A stretch of DNA of 64,000 nt, from the NCBI GenBank assembly GCA_021776925.1, contig JAJFFB010000043.1, positions 38,630 through 102,629 on the forward strand, given 5' to 3'. The translations under genes and the position numbers were made by a program. The stretch comes from Planctomycetota bacterium (GTDB lineage Bacteria > Planctomycetota > UBA1135). The notes under the pieces were generated by a model. It saw only the letters and a program-made list of their open reading frames with translations. It was not told the origin of the DNA and did not search any database. Shown here piece after piece: positions 27,780 to 36,154 of the stretch. How positions within the stretch are numbered: position 1 is the stretch's first letter; each line of letters begins with the position of its first letter.

Positions 27780-28304
27780 TCAGCTCCGGCCGCCGAATCG
27801 TGCCAACACCACGACTACGAACAGGCCCAGGGCCACCAGCCCGAGGACCAGCAAGGAGGATAGACCGGGCGCGGGTGATTCCTGTGCGTCTTCGATTTCG
27901 CCATTGGCCACGCGTCGCGGTTGCCGCGGCGGCGGATCGGGGGTGGCTTGGTCCAATTTGTGCAAGCGCAAGACGGCTTCGTGGACCAGCACGGCGGGAC
28001 CGCTGACAAAAACCGCCTTGGATGTGGAAACAGACTCCAGGTCGAGTTGATTGGGTTTGCTGAAGGTCCGTTCGACCGAGGTGCTGGAACTCACTGGATC
28101 GGCCCGAAGCAATTGCACCAGGACCGTGACCCGCTCCTGCTGCTCCTCGCTGCTACCGACGGCGAGTCGCGCGGCTTCGGTCAATTCCACCAGGCGGGAA
28201 TCGGCTCCGCCTTGTTGCGTCACGGCGGTCGGCGCAGCCAGCGCCGGCAGCGCGGCAGCGGCGAGCACCACGGCGAGGAGGAAAAAGGGCCTGCGCATGG
28301 ACAC
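27780..28304 (-). CDS. secreted protein with C-terminal membrane anchor
   Basis: 174 aa. Signal peptide MSMRRPFFLLAVVLAAAALPALA. C-terminus PAPGLSSLLVLGLVALGLFVVVVLARFGGRS. The stop lies 2 nt before the response-regulator ATG. Confidence 0.65.
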   Translation of the reverse strand: MSMRRPFFLLAVVLAAAALPALAAPTAVTQQGGADSRLVELTEAARLAVGSSEEQQERVTVLVQLLRADPVSSSTSVERTFSKPNQLDLESVSTSKAVFVSGPAVLVHEAVLRLHKLDQATPDPPPRQPRRVANGEIEDAQESPAPGLSSLLVLGLVALGLFVVVVLARFGGRS

Positions 28305-28325
28305 AGCTTAGCGGTTGGCAAGGGC

Positions 28326-30929
28326 CTACTTCAGGCTCTTGCTCACCACCTCGTAGGTGTCCTTCGACAGTTGTGCCTGCTGCAGGCGCTCGAGTTGCGC
28401 GTGCATGCCCTCGCGGTACGGAGCGGCGTAGCGGCGCCAGCGTCCGAGTGGCTGCACCAGGCGTGAGGCAATCTGCGGATTGAGCGCGTCGAGTTCCAGG
28501 ATGCGGTCGGCGAGCAGCTGATAACAGGCGCCGTCAGGGCGGTGGAACCCGGACTGATTGGCGCAGAAGCTGCGCAGCACCGAGCGCACGCGGTTCGGAT
28601 TGCGCAGGTCGAAAGCCGGATGGGCGAGCAGCTTCTCGATCTGTTCGAGCAGGTCCGGTCGGTCGGCCATGGCCTGGATCGCAAACCACTTGTTGAGTAC
28701 CAGCGCCTCGTCCAGCCAACGCTGCTCGAAGGCTGCCAGCGCGCCATCACGGGCGCTCCCCGGGTGATCGACCAGACAGCCGAGCGCGGAGATCGAGTCG
28801 CTCATATTGCTGGCTTGAGCAAATTGGTGCGACGCCAATTCCAGTCCGGCCGCGTTGCCGTCTGCGGTCAGGTAGGCGAGACACAGGTTGCGCATGCGAC
28901 GATGCCCGATGTCCTCGGGTGCCGGACGGTAGGGACCCTCGATCTGGTGGCGTTGGTAACCGTCTTGCCATTCGGCGCGCAGAGCACTGGCCAGTCCGTC
29001 GCGCACCGCGCAGCGTGCCTGGTGCAAGTGCTGTGGTTCGATCGCGCTCATCTCCTCGGCCAAGGTGCTCTCTCCAGGCAAGGTCAATGCGTAGGCCTTC
29101 AAGGAAGGGTCGAGGCTACCGTCGGCGAGAATGGCATGAAATGCCTCGACCAGGTGCGGCGCAAGCTCGACACTCTGCCCCGCCGCCACGGCTGCGGTTG
29201 CCTGCAGCAGCACGCGGGTGGCCAGGTCCTGCCCCGCCTGCCAACGGTTGAAGGCATCGCTGTCGTGGGCGAGGAGGAAGGCGAGCTCGGCGTCGCTGCG
29301 CTCGATCTGCAGGCGCACCGGGGCGGAGAATCCGCGCAGCAGCGAGGGCACCGGTTCGGCATCCAGGGGGTCGAATTCAAACACCTGCTCGGTTTCGCGC
29401 ATTTCCAGCACGCGCGTTCCGATCAGGTCCTGGCCGTCGCCGCCGAGCAGACCGAACGCAACCGGGATGTGGAAGGCCTCTTTGTCGGCCTGGCCAGGAG
29501 TGGCGGGGCAGCTCTGCTTGAGGTGCAAGCGGAATCGCCCCTCCGCGGCCAGCCATTCTCCGCGCGCTTCCAGCAGCGGCGTCCCGGCCTGCAGATACCA
29601 GCGCTCGAACTGATCCAGGTCGATGCCATTGGCGTCGGCCATCGCGGCGCGGAAGTCATCGCAGGTCACCGCCTGGCCATCGTGGCGCTGGAAGTAGAGG
29701 TCCATGCCCTTGCGGAAACCTCCGGCACCGACCAGGGTGTGAATCATGCGGATCACTTCGGCACCTTTTTGGTAAACCGTGGTGGTGTAGAAATTGTCCA
29801 TCGCGATATAAGACTCCGGGCGGATCGGATGCGCCATCGGACCGGCGTCTTCGGCGAACTGCACCGCGCGCAGCTGGCGCACGTCTTCAATGCGCTTGAC
29901 CGCGGCCGAGGTCTGGTCGGCCGAGAACTGCTGGTCTCGGAAGACCGTCAAGCCCTCTTTGAGGGTCAGCTGGAACCAGTCGCGGCAGGTCACCCGGTTG
30001 CCGGTCCAGTTGTGGAAATACTCATGGCCGATCACGCCTAGGATATTCTCGTAATCGGCGTCGGTGGCGGTGTCCGGGCGGGCCAGCACGTAGACCGTGT
30101 TGAAGACGTTGAGACTCTTGTTCTCCATCGCCCCCATATTGAAGTCGTTCACCGCAACGATGTTGTAGATGTCGAGGTCGTATTCCAGTCCAAAGACCTG
30201 CTCGTCCCAGGCCATCGAACGCTGCAGACACTCCATCGCATGATCGAGCTGAGCTGCGTTGTCGTGTTCGCTGTAGACATATAGATCGACCTCGCGCCCG
30301 CTACAGGTGCGGAAGGTCGAATGAATCGACGCCAGGTTGCCAGCCACCAGAGCAAATAGGTACGACGGTTTGGGGAATGGGTCGTGCCACAGGGCAAAAT
30401 GACGCCCGCCTTCGAGCCCCCCCCCATCGACGCGGTTGCCGTTGGAAAGCAGCACCGGGCACGCCTTCTGGTCGGCCTCGATGCGCACCCGGAAAATGGT
30501 CATCACGTCGGGGCGGTCAAAAAACCAGGTGATGCGGCGGAAGCCCTCGGCCTCGCACTGGGTGCAGTAGTTGCCGCTGGTCCGGTAGAGTCCGCTGAGC
30601 TGGGTGTTCTGCTCGGGCTTGAGCCGCACCTCGGTGCGCAGTTCGAAGCGCTCCGGCAGCTGCTCGATGCACAGGTGCTCGGCGCCTACACTGATCCGCT
30701 CCGGCTCGACCTCGGTGCCATCGACCCAGGCGCCAAGGTGCTCCAGACCTTCGCCGTCGAGCCGCAGCGGCGCCAGCGGATCGCTCCCCTCGGCGCGGCG
30801 CAGGTGCATCGTCGCGCGCACCGTGGTGAACTCTGCGCGCAGGTCGAAATCCAGCTCCAGTGAATCGACCTGGAAGTCCGGCGGCTGGTAGTCGCGGCGA
30901 AATTTTTCTACGGGTGTCGGGCTGGACAT
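28326..30929 (-). CDS. pepN: aminopeptidase N
   Basis: M1 family motifs GAMENKSLNVFN and HEYFHNWTGNRVTCRDWFQLTLKEG. Start at ATG 30929 (MSSPTPVEKFRRDYQPPDF), 867 aa. Confidence 0.96.
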   Translation of the reverse strand: MSSPTPVEKFRRDYQPPDFQVDSLELDFDLRAEFTTVRATMHLRRAEGSDPLAPLRLDGEGLEHLGAWVDGTEVEPERISVGAEHLCIEQLPERFELRTEVRLKPEQNTQLSGLYRTSGNYCTQCEAEGFRRITWFFDRPDVMTIFRVRIEADQKACPVLLSNGNRVDGGGLEGGRHFALWHDPFPKPSYLFALVAGNLASIHSTFRTCSGREVDLYVYSEHDNAAQLDHAMECLQRSMAWDEQVFGLEYDLDIYNIVAVNDFNMGAMENKSLNVFNTVYVLARPDTATDADYENILGVIGHEYFHNWTGNRVTCRDWFQLTLKEGLTVFRDQQFSADQTSAAVKRIEDVRQLRAVQFAEDAGPMAHPIRPESYIAMDNFYTTTVYQKGAEVIRMIHTLVGAGGFRKGMDLYFQRHDGQAVTCDDFRAAMADANGIDLDQFERWYLQAGTPLLEARGEWLAAEGRFRLHLKQSCPATPGQADKEAFHIPVAFGLLGGDGQDLIGTRVLEMRETEQVFEFDPLDAEPVPSLLRGFSAPVRLQIERSDAELAFLLAHDSDAFNRWQAGQDLATRVLLQATAAVAAGQSVELAPHLVEAFHAILADGSLDPSLKAYALTLPGESTLAEEMSAIEPQHLHQARCAVRDGLASALRAEWQDGYQRHQIEGPYRPAPEDIGHRRMRNLCLAYLTADGNAAGLELASHQFAQASNMSDSISALGCLVDHPGSARDGALAAFEQRWLDEALVLNKWFAIQAMADRPDLLEQIEKLLAHPAFDLRNPNRVRSVLRSFCANQSGFHRPDGACYQLLADRILELDALNPQIASRLVQPLGRWRRYAAPYREGMHAQLERLQQAQLSKDTYEVVSKSLK

Positions 30930-30987
30930 GATCCCGGGGATTCTAGGTGAGAGCAGACTCCTTGCGACATGGGCCCGGCGGCTGCGT

Positions 30988-32724
30988 ATGGTGGAGGCCA
31001 TGGATGGTCGTAGCAAGCGCGTCCTTTCTCCCCCCGCGGGAACTTTTCAACCCTTCCAGGTAGGCCCGCTGCACTTCCGTGAAGCCGACGGCGAGGCCGA
31101 CATGCGGCGCATCCACCAGCTGCATTTTCGCACTTTCACGCGCGAGCTCGGCCAGTACCAGGACCGCGGACAGGGCTATCACATCGATAAGTTCCACGAC
31201 AAGAACCACTACCTGATCTGCGAAGCCGATGGCGTCCTGGTCGGCATGCTGGCGGCGCACTCGCGGCCGCCGTTCTCCTTCGCCTCCAGGCTGCCGGACG
31301 GCACCCGGGTCGAGGACCTGAGCCACAAGCCGCTCGAAGTGCGCCTGCTCGCCGTCGACGACGGTTACCGCAAGGGGCGCGTGGCCGGCGGACTGATGTA
31401 CGCGATCTATTTATGGGCCGCCACCAAGGGCTTCGGCGAGCTGTTCATCTCGGCGGTCAGCGAGCAGCTGCCGCTGTATCGCGGCATCGGCTTCCGCGAA
31501 CTCGGGCCGCCGGTGCCGCAGGGCGACTGCAGCTTCACGCCCATGATCATGCCGCTCAACGAGGCCTCGCTGCGGCGCAAACGCGCGGTCGAGCGCCTGG
31601 CCAAGGCCGGCCTTCCCGACGCCAGCCTGGATGAACCGGTGTCGCTGTTGCCGGGGCCGCCGCAGATCTCGGCCAAGGTTCTCAACGCCGTAGGCCGCCG
31701 CGCGCGTTATCACCGCTCACGCGCCTTTCTCGACCAGTTCGAAGAAGTGCGCCGCCGCCTTTCCCCGCTGATGGCGGGGCGGCCGGTGGCGCTGCTTGCC
31801 GGCAGCGGCACGCTGGCCAACGACATGGTCGCCGCGCAGCTGAAGGCGCGTTTCGGCGACGCGGACGGGCTGGTGCTGGTGACCGGAGAGTTCGGCCGCC
31901 GCCTGGCGCGCCAGGCCCACAGCGCAGGACTGCGCTTCCATCAACAGGAATGGAGCTGGGGCGGCGCCTGGACCGCGGCCGAGATCGAGGAGCTGCTGCA
32001 CCTGCACCGGCCGGAGTGGTTGTGGGCGGTGCAACTGGAGACCAGCAGTGGCGTGTTGCACGACTGCAAGGCCCTGGCCGAGTTGTGCGCCGCCCATGGG
32101 GTGGCGCTCGCCCTTGACAGCGTCAGCGCGGTCGGTGCGGTTCCCGTGCCTGCGGGAGTCACCCTGGCCAGCGGGGTGGCGGGCAAGTGCCTGGGCGCTC
32201 TCGCCGGAGCCAGCTTCGTTGCTGCCGACCCTGACTTCCTCACCGCGCTCAACGGCGCAGCCGTGCCGTCCAGCTTCGACCTTGCGCGCATGATGCAGAC
32301 CGTGGGTCCGTGCTTTACCTTTCCTTCGGCCCCGGTCCAGGCGCTGGACCGAGCCCTCGATCAATTCGAGGGCGTGCACGCGCGCGCCGAGCGGCAGCGG
32401 GCCATGAGCTTGTGCGCTCAGCGGGTGCGCCAGGGATTGGCGGAGCTAGGCATTCAATCGCTGGCACCCGAGTCGCGCGCCGCCCCGGTGGTCACCACCT
32501 TCAAGCCGCCGCACGGACTGGGCAGCCTCGAGTTCGTCGCCCTGGCGCGCAAATGGGGTTTCCGCGTCGCCGGCGCCAGCAGCTACCTGCAGGAGCGCCG
32601 CTGGGTCCAGGTTGCCAACATGGGCGAGGTCGACGCCAGCCACATCGAGTCCTTCCTCAAGAACCTGGGGGCCTGGCTTGATTCTCATCCATCCAAGCCT
32701 GCATCGCCTCGGCTTGAGCACTGA
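30988..32724 (+). CDS. fusion protein: N-acyltransferase (GNAT-fold, FeeM/autoinducer-synthase-like pattern) + class V aminotransferase
   Basis: The N-terminal ~230 aa carry RIHQLHFRTFTRELGQYQD...IDKFHDKNHYLICEADGVLVGML and YRKGRVAGGLMYAIYLWAATKGF. The C-terminal ~350 aa are fold-type I, class V-like (LLPGPPQISAKVLNA, ETSSGVLHD, LDSVSAVG, putative PLP Lys in SGVAGKCLGA). Start ATG 30988 or 31000. Confidence 0.75.
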   Translation: MVEAMDGRSKRVLSPPAGTFQPFQVGPLHFREADGEADMRRIHQLHFRTFTRELGQYQDRGQGYHIDKFHDKNHYLICEADGVLVGMLAAHSRPPFSFASRLPDGTRVEDLSHKPLEVRLLAVDDGYRKGRVAGGLMYAIYLWAATKGFGELFISAVSEQLPLYRGIGFRELGPPVPQGDCSFTPMIMPLNEASLRRKRAVERLAKAGLPDASLDEPVSLLPGPPQISAKVLNAVGRRARYHRSRAFLDQFEEVRRRLSPLMAGRPVALLAGSGTLANDMVAAQLKARFGDADGLVLVTGEFGRRLARQAHSAGLRFHQQEWSWGGAWTAAEIEELLHLHRPEWLWAVQLETSSGVLHDCKALAELCAAHGVALALDSVSAVGAVPVPAGVTLASGVAGKCLGALAGASFVAADPDFLTALNGAAVPSSFDLARMMQTVGPCFTFPSAPVQALDRALDQFEGVHARAERQRAMSLCAQRVRQGLAELGIQSLAPESRAAPVVTTFKPPHGLGSLEFVALARKWGFRVAGASSYLQERRWVQVANMGEVDASHIESFLKNLGAWLDSHPSKPASPRLEH

Positions 32725-33667
32725 GGGCCGCTGCAGCGGCGGCGGCTTCTTCCTCTTGCTGGCGCCAGCGCCTTTGCAATTCCAGTTCGCGGCGGCGGCG
32801 CGCGCGACGCACAAAGGGAAACAGCAGCAGCGCAAGCAGGAATAGGGTGGTCATCAGGTGCGGATAGAAGTCGCGCAGCAGCTGACGCAGGCTGGTCAGT
32901 TCGGAACGCATCAATTCCTCGTGGGTGACCAGGGCGAGGCCGGTGCTGGCGACCAGGGCCTGGTCCAGAGTGGATCCCTCGCGTACCAGTTGCAGGACGT
33001 CGGGGACCGCCTGCGGCCCGCTGCCACGCACCAGGCGTTCGACGAAGGCATGCGCCAGCGCGTAGCCTTCGGCAGCCTCCACCGGATGCTCGCCAAAACC
33101 CTGATCAAAATCGGATAGCGGCGGCAGCGATCCGCTCGCCGCCCGCCAGCTCAGGCTGATGCCGACCCCGCCGAGGTAGATCTCGCCGCTGTAGTACTCG
33201 GCGCAGCCTTCGTGGAACCACGACGGCAGCGCAGTGAAGGCCTCGGCGCCAAGCGCGCCCATCGCATGATGGACCATTTCGTGGCGCAGAGTGGCGCGCA
33301 GCCGGGCTTCGCCGCCGGCGATGCGTGTGGCGACCACCATGCGTCCCTGCAACGGCAGCGCCACCGCGGCGAACCACTCGGGCACCGGGTGGCCGAGTTC
33401 GGCGGCAATGCCCTCGCGATCGCGCACCCACACCAGCACCCCGCGCCGCGGCGGGCCGAGCCGCAGCTGCCGGTGGATCTCTTCGAGCATGGCGTCGGCC
33501 TCGGCGCTCAGACGCCCGGCCACGTCGGCCATGCCGGCCGGAGCGCTCCATTGGAACCAGCGCGTATTGCCCTGGGCCTGGCCTTCTTGAGCGCGCAGCG
33601 GCGCCAGCAACAACGCGCACAACAGGGCGGTGCAGCCCAGCAGACTTCGGACCCGGCCAGCGCGCAT
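32657..33667 (-). CDS. secreted MA-clan zinc metallopeptidase-like protein with C-terminal TM
   Basis: Start at ATG 33667 gives a signal peptide (MRAGRVRSLLGCTALLCALLLAPLRA). HEMVHH zinc motif, a downstream Glu (WFHEGCAEYY), a C-terminal TM (LMTTLFLLALLLFPFV) and a charged tail. The track ORF's N-terminal 157 aa overlap the divergent gene and are spurious. Confidence 0.75.
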   Translation of the reverse strand: MRAGRVRSLLGCTALLCALLLAPLRAQEGQAQGNTRWFQWSAPAGMADVAGRLSAEADAMLEEIHRQLRLGPPRRGVLVWVRDREGIAAELGHPVPEWFAAVALPLQGRMVVATRIAGGEARLRATLRHEMVHHAMGALGAEAFTALPSWFHEGCAEYYSGEIYLGGVGISLSWRAASGSLPPLSDFDQGFGEHPVEAAEGYALAHAFVERLVRGSGPQAVPDVLQLVREGSTLDQALVASTGLALVTHEELMRSELTSLRQLLRDFYPHLMTTLFLLALLLFPFVRRARRRRELELQRRWRQQEEEAAAAAAALSAQAEAMQAWMDENQARPPGS

Positions 33668-33737
33668 CGCTCGAATTCTACCAGCAGGGCGCTCGCCCTC
33701 GGCGCGGGTTTGGCAAGCACACACCGCGTGGTAGGCT

Positions 33738-34652
33738 TTGCCGCCGATGCTGCAGACCTTCAACCCGAAAAACTCCGATCTCCTGATCAACATCAACGGT
33801 GAGCTGCTGCACCGCGACCAGGCCGGCATCTCGCCTTTTGATTCCGCCGTGCAAGGAGGCGATGCGGTCTGGGAAGGACTGCGCCTGTACCAGGGGCGGA
33901 TCTTTGAACTCGACGCCCACCTCGAGCGGCTGGTCTCTTCGGCCAAGGCTTTGGCCTTCGCTGAGATCCCGAGCAAGAGCAGTATCCAGGAGCAGATCAA
34001 GCGCACCCTCGAGGCCAACGGCATGGTCGACGGCGCGCACATCCGCCTGACGCTGACCCGCGGGGTCAAGATCACCTCGGGCATGGACCCGCGCCTCAAC
34101 CAGGGCGGGCCGACGCTGATCGTGCTCGCCGAGCACAAGGACCCGGTCTATGGTTCGGCCGGGATCACCTTGATCACCTCAAGCCTGCGCCGCTTCCCGC
34201 CCGACTGCATGGACCCCAACGTCCATCACGCCAACCTGATCCAGTCGATCCTGGCCAAGATCGAGGCCAACCACGCCCAGGTCGACGACGCGCTGATGCT
34301 CGACCGTCAGGGCTTCGTCGCCGAAACCAACGCCACCCACGTCTTCCTGGTCGACGGTGGTCGGGTGCTGACCCCGACGACCAAGGCGTGCCCCGAGGGC
34401 ATCACGCGCAAGAACGTGCTCGAGATCTGTCGCCAAGAGGGCATTGCGGTCGAGGTCGGCGACCATTCCCTGACCGCGGTCTACCGCGCCGCAGAAATGT
34501 TCTGCACCGGCACCATGGGCGAACTGGTGCCGGTGTTCGAAGTGGACGGGCGCACCATCGGCGACGGCGAACGCGGGCCGATGACCGCGCGACTGGCGCA
34601 GCTCTACCAACAGCGAACCCAGCAGTCAGGCACGCAGCTGGTCGGCACCTGA
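33738..34652 (+). CDS. class IV (branched-chain / D-amino-acid) aminotransferase
   Basis: 304 aa, fold-type IV pattern (FDSAVQGGDAVWEGLRLYQGRIFELDAHLERL, ETNATHVFLV, PEGITRKNVLE, EMFCTGTMGELVPV). Start may be ATG 33747. Confidence 0.88.
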   Translation: MPPMLQTFNPKNSDLLININGELLHRDQAGISPFDSAVQGGDAVWEGLRLYQGRIFELDAHLERLVSSAKALAFAEIPSKSSIQEQIKRTLEANGMVDGAHIRLTLTRGVKITSGMDPRLNQGGPTLIVLAEHKDPVYGSAGITLITSSLRRFPPDCMDPNVHHANLIQSILAKIEANHAQVDDALMLDRQGFVAETNATHVFLVDGGRVLTPTTKACPEGITRKNVLEICRQEGIAVEVGDHSLTAVYRAAEMFCTGTMGELVPVFEVDGRTIGDGERGPMTARLAQLYQQRTQQSGTQLVGT

Positions 34653-34670
34653 GCCCGGCCTACTCGAAGG

Positions 34671-35927
34671 TCATGGCGTGCACCCAGCTGTCGTGGAGTG
34701 CGCCGCTGGCGTCCTGCGCGCCTCAGCTGGCCCCTGCACTTGGACCATGGCGGGACCCAGCAGGCGGATGGAGTGGTCGCCGCTGCCGGTCCACAGCGTG
34801 CACACGAAGACGTCTTGCTTGCCGTTCAGATCGTCCGCCACCAGGTCGTTGGCGCAAGAGGAAAAGGCGACGAAGCGCCCGTGCTGACAGATGCTCGAGG
34901 CCAGGCTCTTGGCGGAGGCCTGCAGGCCGAGGGCGTCGACGCTGACGCGGCTGGTCACCCCGACCTCCAGATCGCGGAAATACACGTCGCGTACGCCGTT
35001 GACGTCCCAGGGCACCAAGGCGTCTGTGGTTTCAAAGGTCAGGTACGGGCCCAGCGCAGCCAGCGATGCGCCGCGGCTGCCGGTGGCTCCTTCTTGCCCC
35101 AGAGCGTCGACGCTGGCGCGGACCGTGGTGCCCAGCTGACGATCATGAACGAAGACGTCGGTGCTTTGGTTGAGGTCGCCGGGGACCAGATTGTCGGCGG
35201 TTGAAGTGAAGGCAATCCAGCGGCCGCCACCTGTGATCGACGGCTCGGTGCTGGCGCCATTGGCTTGCAACGCAGCGGAATCAACACTCACCCGCTCGGT
35301 GATCCCAGTCTGGCGGTCGTGTACGAATACGTCGGCCACGCCGTTGCTATCGCCGGCAACCAAGTTGGTCGCCGCTGACTCGAAGGCCACGTAGCGGCCA
35401 TCGACCGAGATCGATGGCTGCAGACTATCGCCGAACACCGCCTCGACTCCATTCGAGTCCACGCTCACTCTTTCCGTCACGCCGCTCTGCATGTCATGTA
35501 CGAAGACGTCGACGCGGTTGTTGAAGTCCCCGGCCACCAGATTGTCGGCCAGCGAAGCGAAGGCGATGAACTTTCCGTTCAACGACAAGGACGGATCCTG
35601 CGAGTAGTGATTGCCCTGCACCCCGGCCGAGGTCACGCTGACTCGCGTGGTCAAGCCGCTGACCCAATGGTGCACAAAAACGTCGGGATTGCCATTGCTG
35701 TCTCCCGCCACCAGGTTCTGCGCCTCGGAAAAAAACGCCACGTAACGCCCGTCCAGAGAGATCGAGGGCGCATTGCTCAAGCGGTTGCCCTCGATCCCTG
35801 CCGAATCCACGCTCACCCGCTGGGTTCCTTGAAAGGCCGCAAAGGCCGGCACGGCAGCGGCTTCGAGCGTATTCGGCGCTGCCAGGCTGGCCAGGATCGC
35901 AATGAGAATGGTGGGCTTGTGGTGCAT
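34671..35927 (-). CDS. secreted PD40/TolB-like beta-propeller repeat protein
   Basis: 418 aa with a signal peptide. About 7 repeats of a ~47-aa unit (RVSVDSxGxxxNGxSxxPSISxDGRYVAFxSxAxNLVxGDxNGxxDVFVHD). Confidence 0.8.
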   Translation of the reverse strand: MHHKPTILIAILASLAAPNTLEAAAVPAFAAFQGTQRVSVDSAGIEGNRLSNAPSISLDGRYVAFFSEAQNLVAGDSNGNPDVFVHHWVSGLTTRVSVTSAGVQGNHYSQDPSLSLNGKFIAFASLADNLVAGDFNNRVDVFVHDMQSGVTERVSVDSNGVEAVFGDSLQPSISVDGRYVAFESAATNLVAGDSNGVADVFVHDRQTGITERVSVDSAALQANGASTEPSITGGGRWIAFTSTADNLVPGDLNQSTDVFVHDRQLGTTVRASVDALGQEGATGSRGASLAALGPYLTFETTDALVPWDVNGVRDVYFRDLEVGVTSRVSVDALGLQASAKSLASSICQHGRFVAFSSCANDLVADDLNGKQDVFVCTLWTGSGDHSIRLLGPAMVQVQGPAEARRTPAAHSTTAGCTP

Positions 35928-35944
35928 CCGTTGCCGTTATCTGA

Positions 35945-36095
35945 CCGTGGACAAAGTCATTCCGCCCCACGGCAGCGTCTTTTTCCCCTGGACGGCGTCA
36001 GCAGAACCCGCCCCTATCTAAAGATAGGGGCCGAACCCGCTTCCTTGCCGGAAGACAAAACCACTTGCCATGGAACGAAAGCACTTTATCCACGG
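35945..36095 (+). repeat. ~150-bp structured repeat, copy A (MITE-like: 13-nt terminal inverted repeats + central hairpin)
   Basis: Hand alignment to the reverse complement of 51473-51622 gives about 128 of 151 positions identical. Ends are CCGTGGACAAAGT ... ACTTTATCCACGG. The central hairpin is shortened in this copy (GCCCCTATC-TAAA-GATAGGGGC). Confidence 0.8.
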
Positions 36096-36154
36096 CCAGC
36101 TATGCCGGAATCCATAAAAGCCTGGGACTTCTCAAAAAAGGAAGATGTCTAATA

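Noticed and set aside
32657-32724. 68-nt tail-to-tail overlap of the aminotransferase-fusion gene and the MA-peptidase-like gene, considered as a regulatory antisense arrangement.
   Set aside because: Open reading frames in high-G+C DNA often run past the functional C-terminus. Without conservation data the overlap is more likely incidental.
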